A stretch of DNA of 63,545 nucleotides, the filler included, from Octopus bimaculoides (taxonomy: Eukaryota): assembly GCF_001194135.2 (NCBI RefSeq). It is 7 parts of 6 records of this genome, joined end to end, with 100 filler letters (N's around TTAATTAATTAA, not from the genome) between each part and the next. Parts side by side here need not be neighbours in the genome. Positions count along the whole stretch, not along the records: positions 24,532 to 38,194 come from NC_068983.1; positions 38,295 to 48,914 come from NC_068997.1; positions 49,015 to 55,668 come from NC_069004.1; 4 more parts are not named here. The stretch is one strand, 5' to 3'. The translations under genes and the position numbers were made by a program. The notes under the pieces are model-generated. The model saw nothing but the letters and a program-made list of their open reading frames with translations, was not told the origin of the DNA and did no database searches. Of this stretch, positions 37,891-50,679 are shown piece by piece. The stretch's first letter is position 1; every line of letters begins with the position of its first letter.

Positions 37891-38194
37891 TTTCATGCTA
37901 CCCCATTTATTTAAGTAATGCGAGCATTACATTAAATGCAATATGAAGAGCAATCTTCAGCTGCATGAAAATGCAGAAAATAACAGTAGAATAGACATAT
38001 TATAATTGTGGCAACATTTCAAATCCAAGTGGGAAAAAGAATACATAAAAATCCAAGTGGGTGGAGGAATACATGAATCCATCTTGACATAGCCGAGTCT
38101 ATCAGGCTAGTCCGTGCAGCTGAAGATTGCTCTTCATATTGCATTTAATGTAATGCTCGCATTACTTAAATAAATGGGGTAGCATGAAACGTGC
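37891..38194. repeat. Perfect 74-bp inverted repeat between two gaps, containing a hammerhead-like core
   Basis: 37891-37964 is the reverse complement of 38116-38189. CTGAAGA at 38120 and GAAAC at 38186. Confidence 0.7.
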
Positions 38195-38295
38195 NNNNNN
38201 NNNNNNNNNNNNNNNNNNNNNNNNNNNNNNNNNNNNNNTTAATTAATTAANNNNNNNNNNNNNNNNNNNNNNNNNNNNNNNNNNNNNNNNNNNNA

Positions 38296-38459
38296 CTTCC
38301 AACCAGAGCCCTCTGCTTCAACCATACCTCTGCCACCTACAACTCTGTAACAGCCCTCCACTTCTTACCCGTGCAAACTTCCAACCAGAGCCCTCTGCTT
38401 CAACCATACCTCTGCCACCTACAACTCTGTAACAGCCCTCCACTTCTTACCCGTGCAAA
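38296..38459. repeat. Perfect 82-bp tandem duplication next to a gap (possible assembly artefact)
   Basis: ACTTCCAACCAGAGCCC...CCCGTGCAA occurs twice. Confidence 0.8.
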
Positions 38460-39100
38460 CTTCAATGTCAATTCCTACTACTTTCATGTCACTGGAATCT
38501 CTGTACTTTGTGGCTTCTCTTGTTCTTCACTCAACAAACTTCTCTGAGAGTCCACTGAATGGGAGTTGTAAAGTGTTGATTGATTCATACAGAGTGATGC
38601 TGCTTAGTATTTTTAGTAAGCCAAGCCACCTACTCAAAATACAGCTGATCTTCCTCTCCAGAGTTTCCATAGTTAGCATACTGACATCACATAATGGTAG
38701 GTGCCACAAAATCCCAAGCAGGATGACATGCTAGTATACCCAAGCTCTGAAGCAACTGGGCAATCCAGATTTGTTGACATTAATAAGCCATTTCCCAAAG
38801 TTTTTGTTAGTTCTGTGGATGGAAACTGTCCTTCAGGTTGCTGTCAAAAGATTTCCCCCAAGCTCTTGACTGTTTGTTCTGTTGAGATTGGGAAAGCAGT
38901 GCCGGACAAGATGAAGCAAAATTTTTCCACCACTTTTCTTTTCTTTAGCACAAGAGACCTTGATTTTGATGGTCTGAAGCTCATCCATAACCATGAAATG
39001 GGCTTCTTGAGTCCTTGATAGATCTACCTTTCATTGTGCCAATATTGATATGGGCTTTGACGAGTTAGCACATAGAGCAAAATGCTTAGCACAGGATTTT
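38460..39100 (-). mobile_element. HERO-like LINE RT/C-terminal fragment
   Basis: WMSFRPSKSRSLVLKK, TVKSLG, METLERKISCILSRWLGL..LSSITLY...LQLPFSGL. Confidence 0.85.
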
Positions 39101-39249
39101 TTTCTCCTTGGTTGTTGTTGGAAGCATCACTTTTAGTTTCTTTTTCTTTTTTAGTTGTGTCATCTTTTTGCTCTAATCTAAGAGCAAAAAGATGAAACTT
39201 TGGTTTTTACTGTTTCTTCTTTTTCAACCCATTCACCTTCCAACAGTCC

Positions 39250-39665
39250 ACATTAGTGGCAACAGGACCGCTTGCACTTTTGACAATTAACTGCCTGGAA
39301 GATTATGATAAATAAGAGAGGGCTGAGGACTGGTCTTAGGTGAACACCTACTTGTATCCTGAATTCATCAATGCCAACCCTCACCATACTGACAGCATCC
39401 CTGTACATGGTTTGTACAGTTCTCGCCAACCACTCATCTATCTCATTTCCACATTAAGATAAGAGAGCAGGGGACCCCGTTGAAGGCTTTCTCCATGTCA
39501 ACAAAAGCCAAGTACAGAGGTTTATTTTTGGCTAGGTACTTCTCCTGCAGCTGCCTAACTGCCTTACTAGAAATATAGCATCAGTGGTGCTTCTCCCTGG
39601 CACAAAACCAAACTGCATCTCATCTAGATTAACTTTCTTCATAATAAGTTGGGCTACGACCCTCT
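39250..39665 (-). mobile_element. RTE-clade RT fragment
   Basis: MERVVAQLI..VNLDEMQFGFVPGRSTTDAIFLVRQL, AFVDMEKAF, QVGVH...VLSPLLFII. Confidence 0.88.
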
Positions 39666-39943
39666 CCATAACACACATATACATGTACACACATATATAC
39701 ATATAGCTACATGCACACATACATGCATATCTATATATGAATATACATACATACTGGAGTGGTAACTTTCTCACTGAACACTACAGAATTTACAAAATCT
39801 TATGTTCAGTTAACTTTAGACAGATATTATGATAGCAATAAAGAAATTTTCATTTGTAATTACATGTTAAAACTATTTTTTCCTCTGCAACATTATCTTC
39901 ATGCTAAATTCATACAATATTTCTATCCTTTGTACTTTTACAG

Positions 39944-40524
39944 GTTCAATAATTTTTGGATTTGACCTACTATCACTGGGCACACGCCGAGCCTCATTTA
40001 TTCACAAATTCATCAATGCCTTCATGCCATATTCTGGTTACAGTCATTATAGTATTATTTCATGGAGTAAAAGGCCCTTGCACGTAAATTTCCCACTATC
40101 CAAACATGATTCTGACCGGAGAAAGCCACACATACCAGACTTGGCAGATATAGTGGAAAAAATCAGGAACGACCTATCTTCTACTACTGCAAAAGAAGAA
40201 CATAACTTGGATAATATACCACCAGTCGTTGTACTGTTTGTTGACCCTATTGAGACAAAACTTACAATACCTTTAATCAATGCAGTTGAGCAATTGAAAC
40301 AATCTGGTGCAAGAGTATTTTTATTAAATATTGGAATCAACAAATGGCCAAAACAAGGAACTCTAGAATTGCTTAGTAGCAAACCAAGTCATTTGCATAT
40401 TGTCCATGCTCCATCCTATCGGCAACTACTAAACAGGGCTTTGAACACTCCCTACCAGTTCCGATTGCTGTCAAATCAATATAAACCCATTAAATTCAAA
40501 AAGACTAATGCTCCTACATCTTAA
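39944..40524 (+). CDS. Terminal exon encoding a degenerate von Willebrand factor A (VWA) domain
   Basis: TTTGTACTTTTACAG acceptor (phase 1), about 193 open codons. Pattern IIFGFD / VVVLFVD / AVEQLKQSGARVFLLNIG / LELLSSKPSHLHIVHAPSYRQL follows the VWA fold order. AATAAA near 40622. Confidence 0.75.
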
Positions 40525-41311
40525 AAAAATTTCTAAAAAACCAACCTAGACTCAAACATTTGGCTAATTGTCAGATTTGAAATTTCAAAATAGCATTGGT
40601 AATTCAATGTTTTGGTCTTATAATAAAAAATAACCTTTAAGTTGAGGAAATATCTAGCAATATTTATGTTAATGGAATATCTATGTGTTTCAGCTAAATA
40701 AGTTAACAGTTTCTTTTGGGCTTTTCTTTCTTTTCTTTTCTTTCTTTTTTTTTTTTTTTTGAGTGGGTGGGCTCATTTGTGGATGAAAAACAAACAGGAA
40801 AAGCAGTTAATAGTTTTTTTTGTTTTTTTTTTTTTTTTGGGGGGGGGGGTTGTGCGACTATAATTCATAAGTATGTGTTTCACAAAATAAAAGATCTGAT
40901 TAATTTCTGTTACTGAAACGTAAGTACAAAATATCTTCTATTCTTAACCTACTTGATATATCATGCTGCTATATTGTTTATTTAAGCTTCTTTTATGATG
41001 AGTTGGTTTGATTGTTTGTTTTTGAGGGGTGGTAATGTTCTAAATGCAAGATATATTCCTTTTTTTAATATTTTGTTTAAAAAATATTAAAATACCAACT
41101 ACAAAATGATTGCAAATGCAAATAAAAGATGTGAATTTCATTTTAAATGTTGTGGTTTTAAGGATTAATCTCTTTTCTACATATATTTAAAATTTTACAA
41201 AATGACAAAAACTATTAAGAATATTTAATCTATTACTGAAAGCAAAACAATTGTTACAGAATACTCAAATTAAAATAAGCATAAAAAAGACACAATATAT
41301 ATATGTGTATA

Positions 41312-41380
<69 letters not shown>

Positions 41381-41865
41381 ATATCAAAAATAACTTTTGT
41401 ATTAAATAATTTGACTGAGAATACATTTTTAAAGATTGTATCCACACACACAAAAAATATACAACACACACAAAAATATTTACTTTTGATGCCTGAAGTT
41501 ATTCAGCTGAATACTATAAAGTCTAAGGCAATTAGAAAAATAATCAGTTGCCATAGTTCTAATCACAAAGGAAACATACTTTAAATGATTCTAAATACAT
41601 TTGAATTTCTCTATTAACATAATTACTCAAATTGTTATTTTATAGATTACTGATTTAGGGATCATATAAACTCACAAAATCTATGTATATTGGTGAAGTA
41701 CATTTTCCTGAGTACACATTTATGCATACATGCAAACACACACACACACACACACATACAACACATACTATAAACATCAACACTCTACACAAGTTTTATA
41801 AATTAAACTTCTTAATAACAAAATTATAAACCTTTAAAAAATTAAATGTTATTTTTTTTATTTCA

Positions 41866-41922
<57 letters not shown>

Positions 41923-44900
41923 TATTATTATTATTGTTATTGTTATTTTTATTATTATAGCCTAATCGTTCCACTGTGAAAGTTTACTGAAAGATTTTAG
42001 TTACTTGTTTTTCTTTGTCTTAAAAAATTTTCTGTTCATATCTAATTTATTTTTACCCCAATTAAATATTTTAAAATTTATTAGATATTATTGTTTTTCT
42101 ATTTAATAACCTTCACATTCAACTTTCATAAGTATTTCTGATCAAGTTAAATGACTGTTGATCAGAATTCTGAGGGGGGGGGGGTTAACTCTACTTGCTG
42201 AGTATATTATTATATTACAATATTGTTATTATCTTCAAATAGAATAATTTTATGATCTTTTAGTCATTTCGAAAGACTATTGTATCAGATGATAGCAATA
42301 TTGTACTACATTAATAGTGACTGGCAATGCAGCTTGCTTAATTGCAAATTAATAAAGATTTTGCCATAATTTCCAAGACATATCTCACTTTGTATTCTAA
42401 AAATGTTCATCTGTCATTTTTTTTAGTAAATAATACAAAAAAATCAGTAATTTAAAATGATTACTATTAAAAAATTATTTATATTTTACTAATTTAATTC
42501 AAATTAATCTAAGCTGCCAATTTGCCAATTTGGCATTTTGTTGAATTAATGATAAATCAGTTTGGAGTTGGGGGGGGGGTTGTTTCTTTTTTTTTTCTTT
42601 TTAGATTCTAATCATGAAAACTTAATTATTTTTGTTCCTTATCTTTTTAGTTTTTATTCGGATAGGAGTTGTTGTTTTCTATTTTGGCTTTGTTTTTCTT
42701 TTACTGCTTGCTTTCTTGAATCTTTGTAATTTTCAAATATACAATCATCAACAGACCAATGTTTATAGCTAATATAAGAGAAATTCCTATAGTTTTTCTA
42801 ATGTTCATTTAAAACCTTGAGTGCATCGCACACATACGCATGCACACGCACACATGTGCACACACACATACACACACAAACACACACAAAGTGAAATCTC
42901 TGTTTACTAAAAGGATTGAAAGTTTGTTGTTGCCAGTTTGAAGGAGTTAAACCACAGAACTAAAAAGAAAATATTGCTCTACCACAAACTTTTCTATGCT
43001 TCTATTTTACCAAATAGAACACAAATATATTCATTAATAAAAGATGACCTAAACTTTATGAAAAGTGATTGAAGGTACAGTTATCTTATAAAAACTGACA
43101 TTTGATCAGAAGACATCAAATATGTGAAGTCAATTATCGTGAAATTCGTACCATTAAAAACTGAACATTTTCACTCTCCTAAGGATTTATATTTCCAAAA
43201 TCATAAAATAAAAGTCTACCATAATAGAACAAACAGTTAAGAAATGATCCAAGACACAGCAAGCCATAAAAAATACAAGAATTTGATGGTTATGAAAAAC
43301 CATATGGACATATTTAATGATGGATAACCAAATAATGAGCAGCAAAGAATTTGTAATATTTGATACTGTAACAAATTTGAGGAGATTTGGTACATAGACA
43401 GAAGCTTCAATGTTCTTAACAAAGGTAAATTTGTGTCCAGCTTCATGGTATCCAAGATCCACTTTGTTACCAGAAGATCAGTAAAGTACAGAGTTACATA
43501 CAGTATTGACAAGTCCATGGCCTTAAGATATTACATTCAAATCTCTATTGAACACCAAGCGAAACCTTCCTAGAATCTTCACAGGACAAAAAGACAAAAA
43601 GAAAAAGACAATATTGTCACAACACCAGCATTCTAATATGTTTCTTGTTACTATCATTATCTTTACCATAAAAAGATTTGTACATGCGCAAAACACTTTA
43701 TTAAAATTTTTAACAAATCAATGACTTCCTTGAATAATACCAATGCAACATCAACACAAAGACATTTTAGCTATTAGAACAAGATACAATTTATAACAGG
43801 CTTGTTAATGCAAATCATGCATTTTCTCATTATTCTATTTTAATATTAAAAGGCATCGGTCTTAGTTTTATATACCACTAAAATATCATTAGTTTCCAGT
43901 CAATTCAATGTGATCTGCCATCAAGTCATTTTCTTTCTGTTCTTATCTGCTTTGCTACCAAATTAAACTAGAACATAAAATAGTAACACTGATAAAGTAC
44001 TGTGTTACTTAAATTGAATTTAACTGATGGTACAATTGTTTATTGTACACAAGCAACTATTATTCAAAAGGTACAATAATTAATAACACAAAGGCCACAA
44101 TAAGGTAATGAACAAAAATATCTCAACAAAGTTCAGACAAAAAAAAAAAAAAAAAAAGAAAATAGATACAAGAACAATTGAGATTTGGAAGCTGAGCCTC
44201 GCAGATGGAGTGACCATGGAACAAGACACATGAAGATATACTATATTGTAAGTATCTTCAGCCAAACATGGAAAAACAGTCATTAAACTTATGTACACTG
44301 CAACAGAATCATGCATCATACAGAATCTAATCTAAAAGTGTCTGAATGAATCATAGCTTATGGCATTCAAAGAAAAATTATTCTACAATGTTCTTCATGG
44401 CAACATCAAACCTGAATTATTAAAAACATATACTTCCAACATTTTTGTAATACCTCACTTTGTAATACTTGCATTATTTATAAAAATTAATCATTTTTTC
44501 TATTTTTTTAGCACATAATGACAGTAAATCTACTTTAATGAAAGTGTTAAATACAACTAGTCAAATATTGCAAATATGCAATAGCTTTTCTTACTATAGT
44601 ACACATATTTTTTAAAACTCCAAACTAATTTTTATTCAATTAAAAAAAACCTGATACAAACTACTAAATCTGTACTCTGATTATTTGGTTCAATAATAGT
44701 TATATATATTACGTTTATAAATTTAAAAATTTTATTTCAAAAACTTTCACAGTGGAACACATCAGTTTTCAGTTTTAAAAATTTCAAATGACATGGTAAA
44801 AGATGTTTAATAAAACAATTTAAATATTATCATTTGTTTTGTTTTCATTGAATGACTATGTGTTTGTAGAAATAACATTTTTCACTGGATGAATTGAACT

Positions 44901-46214
44901 TACATATGTTAAATATGTCATAAAGCAGTTGGTTACCTGGAAGGTATCAGTTAGAAAATTGCTACTCTATTTGCTTTTTTCATGCTTATAATTATGTATT
45001 TAAAGGTTTCTTTCGCCAAATCTACATAAAATATTCCAAATAAAATTTCATGCCATTCTTCTTCATAGTAATTTAAAGGTGTGTTCAATTGCCACTTGAT
45101 CACACAATTCAAAGTTGCCATGATGCTCACCACCTGCTCATACTATGCCACAACGGTGTCAAGCAAGGATCAATGTAACCAGCATTATCCCTTGCAGTGA
45201 CCCTTATGTTTACATTCTCTCATGTAGTTATGGCACCATCTTTGGGCAGTTTCCGTCTATCAAATACATTCACAAGGCTTTATATCACCTTTTACCCACC
45301 CTTCAACACTTATTTCCCATTCATTGCATTAACACACACCCTCATCCATTCCCCGTCTTTCACGCTCCTAAACACTCTCGCAACCTATATATACCCACCT
45401 ACTCTCAGTTTTTCTCTTTCCAGTTCCACCCCAATCCCGCCCAATCTCTCTTCTAACCAGGCTGCCGGTAAGCAAAGAACTGGACCTGGGAACAGTAATA
45501 ACTCACGATATTTCTATCCAAGTTATCTCCCCTTATAGCATTGTTTACTTCGTATTTCATATCTTACAAAATCCATTGAATAAGTACTTATCAACGTACT
45601 AGGGATCATATAATCACCGTAAGACCTTCGAAAGTAATGTCACAGAAGGGTCACGGTCCCATGTCTGAAATCAGTAAAAGGATAAAAATTCAAATGATGT
45701 TGGGACTAATTTTAAACGCTACATGATCAAATGTCTACATATAGAGACAATACTGATTTGAACGGCCATCTCTAGTTAAAAGTCTGTAGTTAAAAGTCTA
45801 TCTCAAGTTATTAATAGAAGTCTGTTTCTAATTAGATGCGTATTCAAGTTAAAACAATTCTCAAACAGTTCCAAACTAACTCCTATCCTTACATTCACAC
45901 ACACACACACACACATGTATGGAAACCTACTTGTAACTAATGGAAACAAAAGACTACGTCCTAATCCCAAGACAAAAAAAAAAGAAAGAAACATCTCTCA
46001 CCTAGCTGTCCACCAGATATCATCCTCACTCATAACATCTGAAAGTTGAGGAACAACTGTAAGTAATCACCTCTTTTATTCACATTCCCCACCCCCACCC
46101 TAGTAACTGCCAGGACGGTTTTCTTTGAGCCAGTTCAAAAATCTGTGCTAATATTGTCCCTTCCCTAAGGCGGCGAGTTGGTAAGCAAAACTAACCTTGG
46201 CAAAATTCTTATGA

Positions 46215-46970
46215 AAAGAGTAATTATTTCAAAAATTCCAAAATTTCTCACAAACACAATCTCATGCGGAGTATATCACCCTTTACTCGTGTTTAACTTC
46301 CTTACACAAGTCAAATTAGACTACTCACTGCAATAAGACACAATCATATATCAACAAACCCTTCTTCATACACGTAAATACATTAAACCCTTTTTAAAAA
46401 TCACTAAATTAGCACGCCGGGCAAAAAAGCTTAGCGGCATTTCGTCCGTCTTTACATTCTGAGTTCAAATTCTGCCGAGATCGACTTTGTCTATCATCCT
46501 TTCGGATCGATAAAATAAGTACCAGTTGAGCACTAGGGTCGATGTAATAGACTTACCCCGTCCCCAAAATTACTGGCCTTCTGCCGAAACTTGAAACCAA
46601 TGTTGTCGCTTCCTTTTGGCGACATTTAGAGTTATTTCCCTTAATTGTATTGTAAGTTGGTGTCTTTCATCCAGTCTAAAATGAATCGCTTTTCACATAG
46701 ACACTAGACTATATAAGTGAAAACTGGTTATATATTAAATCAATTCCATAAGGATGAAGGGCAAAACTAAAAGTAACTATTTCAAAAATTCCAAAATTTC
46801 TCACTAACACAATCGCATGTAGAGGATTGCAAAGATTTACTCCTGCTTAATCTCCCAAAACATGTTACATTAGACTATTCACAGCAATAAGACACAATCA
46901 TATTTCAAAACAGTGTTGCAGCCAAACCCTTCATACACATAAACAACACAAAGCCTTCAAAAATTACTAC
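46215..46970. repeat. Diverged direct duplication of about 200 bp (46215-46410 and 46770-46970)
   Basis: Shared ATTTCAAAAATTCCAAAATTTCTCAC.AACACAATC and TTAGACTA.TCAC.GCAATAAGACACAATCATAT. Confidence 0.75.
46409..46590 (+). mobile_element. Family A SINE (5'-truncated)
   Basis: TTAGCACGCCGGGC...GAGTTCAAATTC...GATAAAATAAGTACCAG. Confidence 0.88.
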
Positions 46971-47244
46971 ATTTCAGGTTTACATCAGCCTGTAGTGGAA
47001 CAGGTCTTAACACTAAATACTTTGGTAAATCATTCCTTCCTGCAGCTGCAGTTCTCTAGAATTCCCTTCTCAACCACCTTTTTCCTGCATTGGATATGTT
47101 GACTACAAGATGCCCCAAACTTATCAACAATTTTATTGATCTCTCTAGAGATGACTAGGGCAGAGAATCTGAAATGAAATTCTTGTTCTTCCTCTGACAA
47201 AATAACAATAAAAGAAAAGTTCATCTGAGCAATTAACTCTTTTA

Positions 47245-47402
47245 ACTCTTTTACTTGTTTCAGTCATTTGACTGTGGCCATGCTGGAGCACCACCTTTAG
47301 TCGAGCAAATCGACCCCAGGGCTTATTCTTTGGATGCCTAGTACTTATTCTATCGGTCTCTTTTGCCGAACCGCTAAGTTACGGGGACGTAAACACACCA
47401 GC
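47245..47402 (-). mobile_element. Family B SINE tail
   Basis: TTTACTTGTTTCAGTCATTTGACTGTGGCCATGCTGGAGCACC... Confidence 0.85.
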
Positions 47403-47842
47403 NNNNNNNNNNNNNNNNNNNNNNNNNNNNNNNNNNNNNNNNNNNNNNNNNNNNNNNNNNNNNNNNNNNNNNNNNNNNNNNNNNNNNNNNNNNNNNNNNN
47501 NNNNNNNNNNNNNNNNNNNNNNNNNNNNNNNNNNNNNNNNNNNNNNNNNNNNNNNNNNNNNNNNNNNNNNNNNNNNNNNNNNNNNNNNNNNNNNNNNNNN
47601 NNNNNNNNNNNNNNNNNNNNNNNNNNNNNNNNNNNNNNNNNNNNNNNNNNNNNNNNNNNNNNNNNNNNNNNNNNNNNNNNNNNNNNNNNNNNNNNNNNNN
47701 NNNNNNNNNNNNNNNNNNNNNNNNNNNNNNNNNNNNNNNNNNNNNNNNNNNNNNNNNNNNNNNNNNNNNNNNNNNNNNNNNNNNNNNNNNNNNNNNNNNN
47801 NNNNNNNNNNNNNNNNNNNNNNNNNNNNNNNNNNNNNNNNNN

Positions 47843-47907
<65 letters not shown>

Positions 47908-48664
47908 TGTGTGTGCGTGTGTGTGCGTGTGTGTGCGTGTGTGCACGCGTGTGTGCACGCGTGTGTGTGTTCATTCATCTCATTTAGTGTAGCAGACATC
48001 TGCTATGATCTAATTTTCTATAATTTCAAGAATTCCTGCCATGAATAATTAATTTGAACATCCAAGTTCAACATTATGAAACAAAATATGCATAATTACA
48101 AATATCCTCTAACTTATCACTAGCAAAATATGCAAAATTCATGATCTGCATTTGCAAACACAAAAGTTTGCATAAATCAAAAACGTCTTCCTTCCCCTTG
48201 TCTCTCCACATAGTATATCCGGAAACTTCTCTCCTTTTCTTAAAAAGAAGTTTAATCAGTAAGGGAATATCTACAGTCAGTTCAACCTGCAAGTAATAAC
48301 AGACAAATTTCCTAAAATCAAACCCTACTGTCTTAAAAATGGAAAGACACATTGGGCAGCAGCTCTAGGCATACAGAAAGCTGGGATGGTCCTAGTTAAA
48401 ACAGCTTTAGTCATTGTTCTGCTCAATTAGGAGAGACAGGGCTAAACAAAAATAACTATGACTAGATTATTCCAATTATAATTCCATCATCGGTATATAG
48501 TCTTTACTCACATATATTACTATGGTTACTACTTATATTTATGGTTTATTTGCTTTGTGTTGTTTGCTTGTTTTATTTTTTGTTGTTTTTGTCCTGTCAA
48601 GACACTATTGACTAATGTCTGTCATGTCACTGAGCGAACGTTATCTTTTCCGCGACAATATTCC

Positions 48665-48914
48665 TAAAGGCGGTGAGCTGGCAGAAACGTTAGCACGCCG
48701 GGCGAAATGCTTAGCGGCATTTCGTCTGTCTTTACGTTCTGAGTTCAAATTCCGCCGAGGTCGACTTTGCTTTTCATCCTTTCGGGGGTCGATAAATTAA
48801 GTACCAGTTACATACTGGAGTCGATGTAATCGACTTAATCCCTTTGTCCGTCCTTGTTTGTCCCCTCTATGTTTAGCCCCTTGTGGGCAATAAAGAAATA
48901 AGAAACGTTAGAAC
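48665..48914 (+). mobile_element. Family A tRNA-derived SINE, near full length
   Basis: A-box-like TGGCAGAAACGT, B-box-like GAGTTCAAATTC, and central TTCATCCTTTCGGGGGTCGATAAATTAAGTACCAG. Confidence 0.9.
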
Positions 48915-49014
48915 NNNNNNNNNNNNNNNNNNNNNNNNNNNNNNNNNNNNNNNNNNNNTTAATTAATTAANNNNNNNNNNNNNNNNNNNNNNNNNNNNNN
49001 NNNNNNNNNNNNNN

Positions 49015-49049
<35 letters not shown>

Positions 49050-49073
49050 TATACACACACACATTCCGTGACT

Positions 49074-49163
49074 GCCATCTCTGAAGAGCACAGGTTTATA
49101 TAATCAGGTTGTTATCTAACACTCTGTCAAACCCTTAATGTGAAACTGATTGGTAAGATTGGC
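49074..49163 (+). ncRNA. Type I hammerhead ribozyme with long loop 2
   Basis: Helix I GCCATCT/AGAT-T-GGC (7 bp, 1 bulge); CTGAAGA (49081-87); helix II GCA/TGT with about a 48-nt loop; GAAA (49142-45); helix III ACT-GATT-GGT; GUA site ending at 49155. Confidence 0.65.
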
Positions 49164-49299
49164 TTTAATGGATATATATAATACTGTACATATCGATTAA
49201 TATATACATGTACAAATGTGTATGTATATCTGAATGTATGTGTGTGTGTATGTGTTTGTGAGTTTGTGTGTGTGTGCATGTATGTGTGTATGATGGACA

Positions 49300-49508
49300 A
49301 CATATGAGTGTTGTCATTGAAGACAACATATGAGTGTTCAGCTATTTTGCTGACCGACCTGCTCAAATGAATTGTTTATACTGATCAAATATTCATGCTG
49401 TACATTAGTTCACTCCTTCCATCAAATCGACGTTGCCTGAACAGGTGCACGGTGTGCCATGTGTTTAAGTGATCGCAGCGCAACATGAGACAAGTGTTTT
49501 GCTCAAGA
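49300..49508 (-). mobile_element. SINE fragment
   Basis: Minus strand TCTTGAGCAAAACACTTGTCTCATGTTGC core-like motif. Confidence 0.6.
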
Positions 49509-49633
49509 NNNNNNNNNNNNNNNNNNNNNNNNNNNNNNNNNNNNNNNNNNNNNNNNNNNNNNNNNNNNNNNNNNNNNNNNNNNNNNNNNNNNNNNNNNNN
49601 NNNNNNNNNNNNNNNNNNNNNNNNNNNNNNNNN

Positions 49634-49670
<37 letters not shown>

Positions 49671-49942
49671 CACTACTACCATCCACAATGGGTCATCTTC
49701 AGGACACTTGACCATTTAACATACTACTATCATGGCACTCCCGCATTCTCCTCCTCCTTCTTTTTCTTCTTCTTCTTCCCTACCAAGAATTCGCAACGAC
49801 TTCGAACACACAAGAGTAAACAAGAGAGACAGAAACAAGCAGTAACAAGGAAAATGCCACTTGTATTTGAACACTATGCAAATATTCTTTTAAAAAAACT
49901 TTTCTTTTAATTTTTCCAAAATTTAATTGTTTTCTATACTTA

Positions 49943-49978
49943 CAGTTGAAAAAGTCTCAATGACTGAAACCGGTACTG
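49943..49978 (+). ncRNA. Minimal type I hammerhead ribozyme, U3:A8 core variant
   Basis: Helix I CAG/CTG; core TTGAAAA; helix II AGTC-TCAAT-GACT; GAAA; palindromic helix III ACCGGT; GUA site. It follows a GIY-YIG-like remnant (QRLRTHK...FEHYA). Confidence 0.62.
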
Positions 49979-50039
49979 ATGTGTTTTTTAATTCGGTTTG
50001 CAGCATATGTAAATCAAGCTGTTCATTGCAACTGTTGAA

Positions 50040-50415
50040 TTAGTGATATTATATGCAAGTGAAACATGGACACTTCCTAAGAAATTATCAAAAGAGCTAC
50101 ATGGCTGCTAAATGTAAAATGGCAGCAACATATGACAAATGAGTGCCTTTATGAAGATCTGCTGAAAGTTAGTAAAAAAATCAAGTAAAGACAGCTGCAG
50201 CTATCTGGTCACTGCATGCACCACCCTGAACTTGGAAGCCTCCAAATTAGTCTTCTGGAACCCACTTCATGGTGATGTAAGAAGAAGAAAATGTTGTCAC
50301 ACTTACATCGACAACTTGATTGCAGACACTGGCCTGGAATGTACTTAGGACCTGAAGGTAGTGATGTTGGACTGAGAACTGTGGCAGGCGGTCTTTGTTG
50401 CTGGGTTAAACCTGG
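50040..50415 (+). mobile_element. RTE-clade LINE 3' end
   Basis: ASETWTL, QLSGHCMHHPEL / EASKLVFWNPLHG...TYIDNLIADTGL. Confidence 0.85.
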
Positions 50416-50679
50416 CAATAATTTTTTTTTTAAAAATGTCAGTTATTATCTCAATTAACAGTACTATCAAAGAATATTAGTTCTTTTATTCCCATGGAAG
50501 AAATGGCAGCCTAAAATGTCATTCCTGGTAGAGTAACATCTTTTACTATAACACATGGGGTAACATTGCTCCACTACACACAGTTATGGCTATTGATATG
50601 CCTGTTTAATTTGAAGGTTGCTTCCTTTGACTACAATATCTTATCAAGAAAGGTCACGTGTTCATTGACTTTTCCTTGT

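Noticed and set aside
38296-38459. Functional tandem repeat
   Set aside because: It is a 100% identical duplication directly beside a gap, most likely a contig-end overlap artefact.
24532-39100. One interrupted HERO element made of 24532-25317 and 38460-39100
   Set aside because: On the minus strand the RT piece lies upstream of the N-terminal piece. The order is wrong, so these are separate insertions.
43187-43518. Polycystin/TRP-like transmembrane exon
   Set aside because: Two overlapping frames are equally hydrophobic, as expected in T-rich DNA, and the nearby acceptor hits stops in all frames.
48665-48760. tRNA gene
   Set aside because: The A/B boxes belong to a SINE head. There is no cloverleaf, and it continues into the SINE body seen in eight copies.
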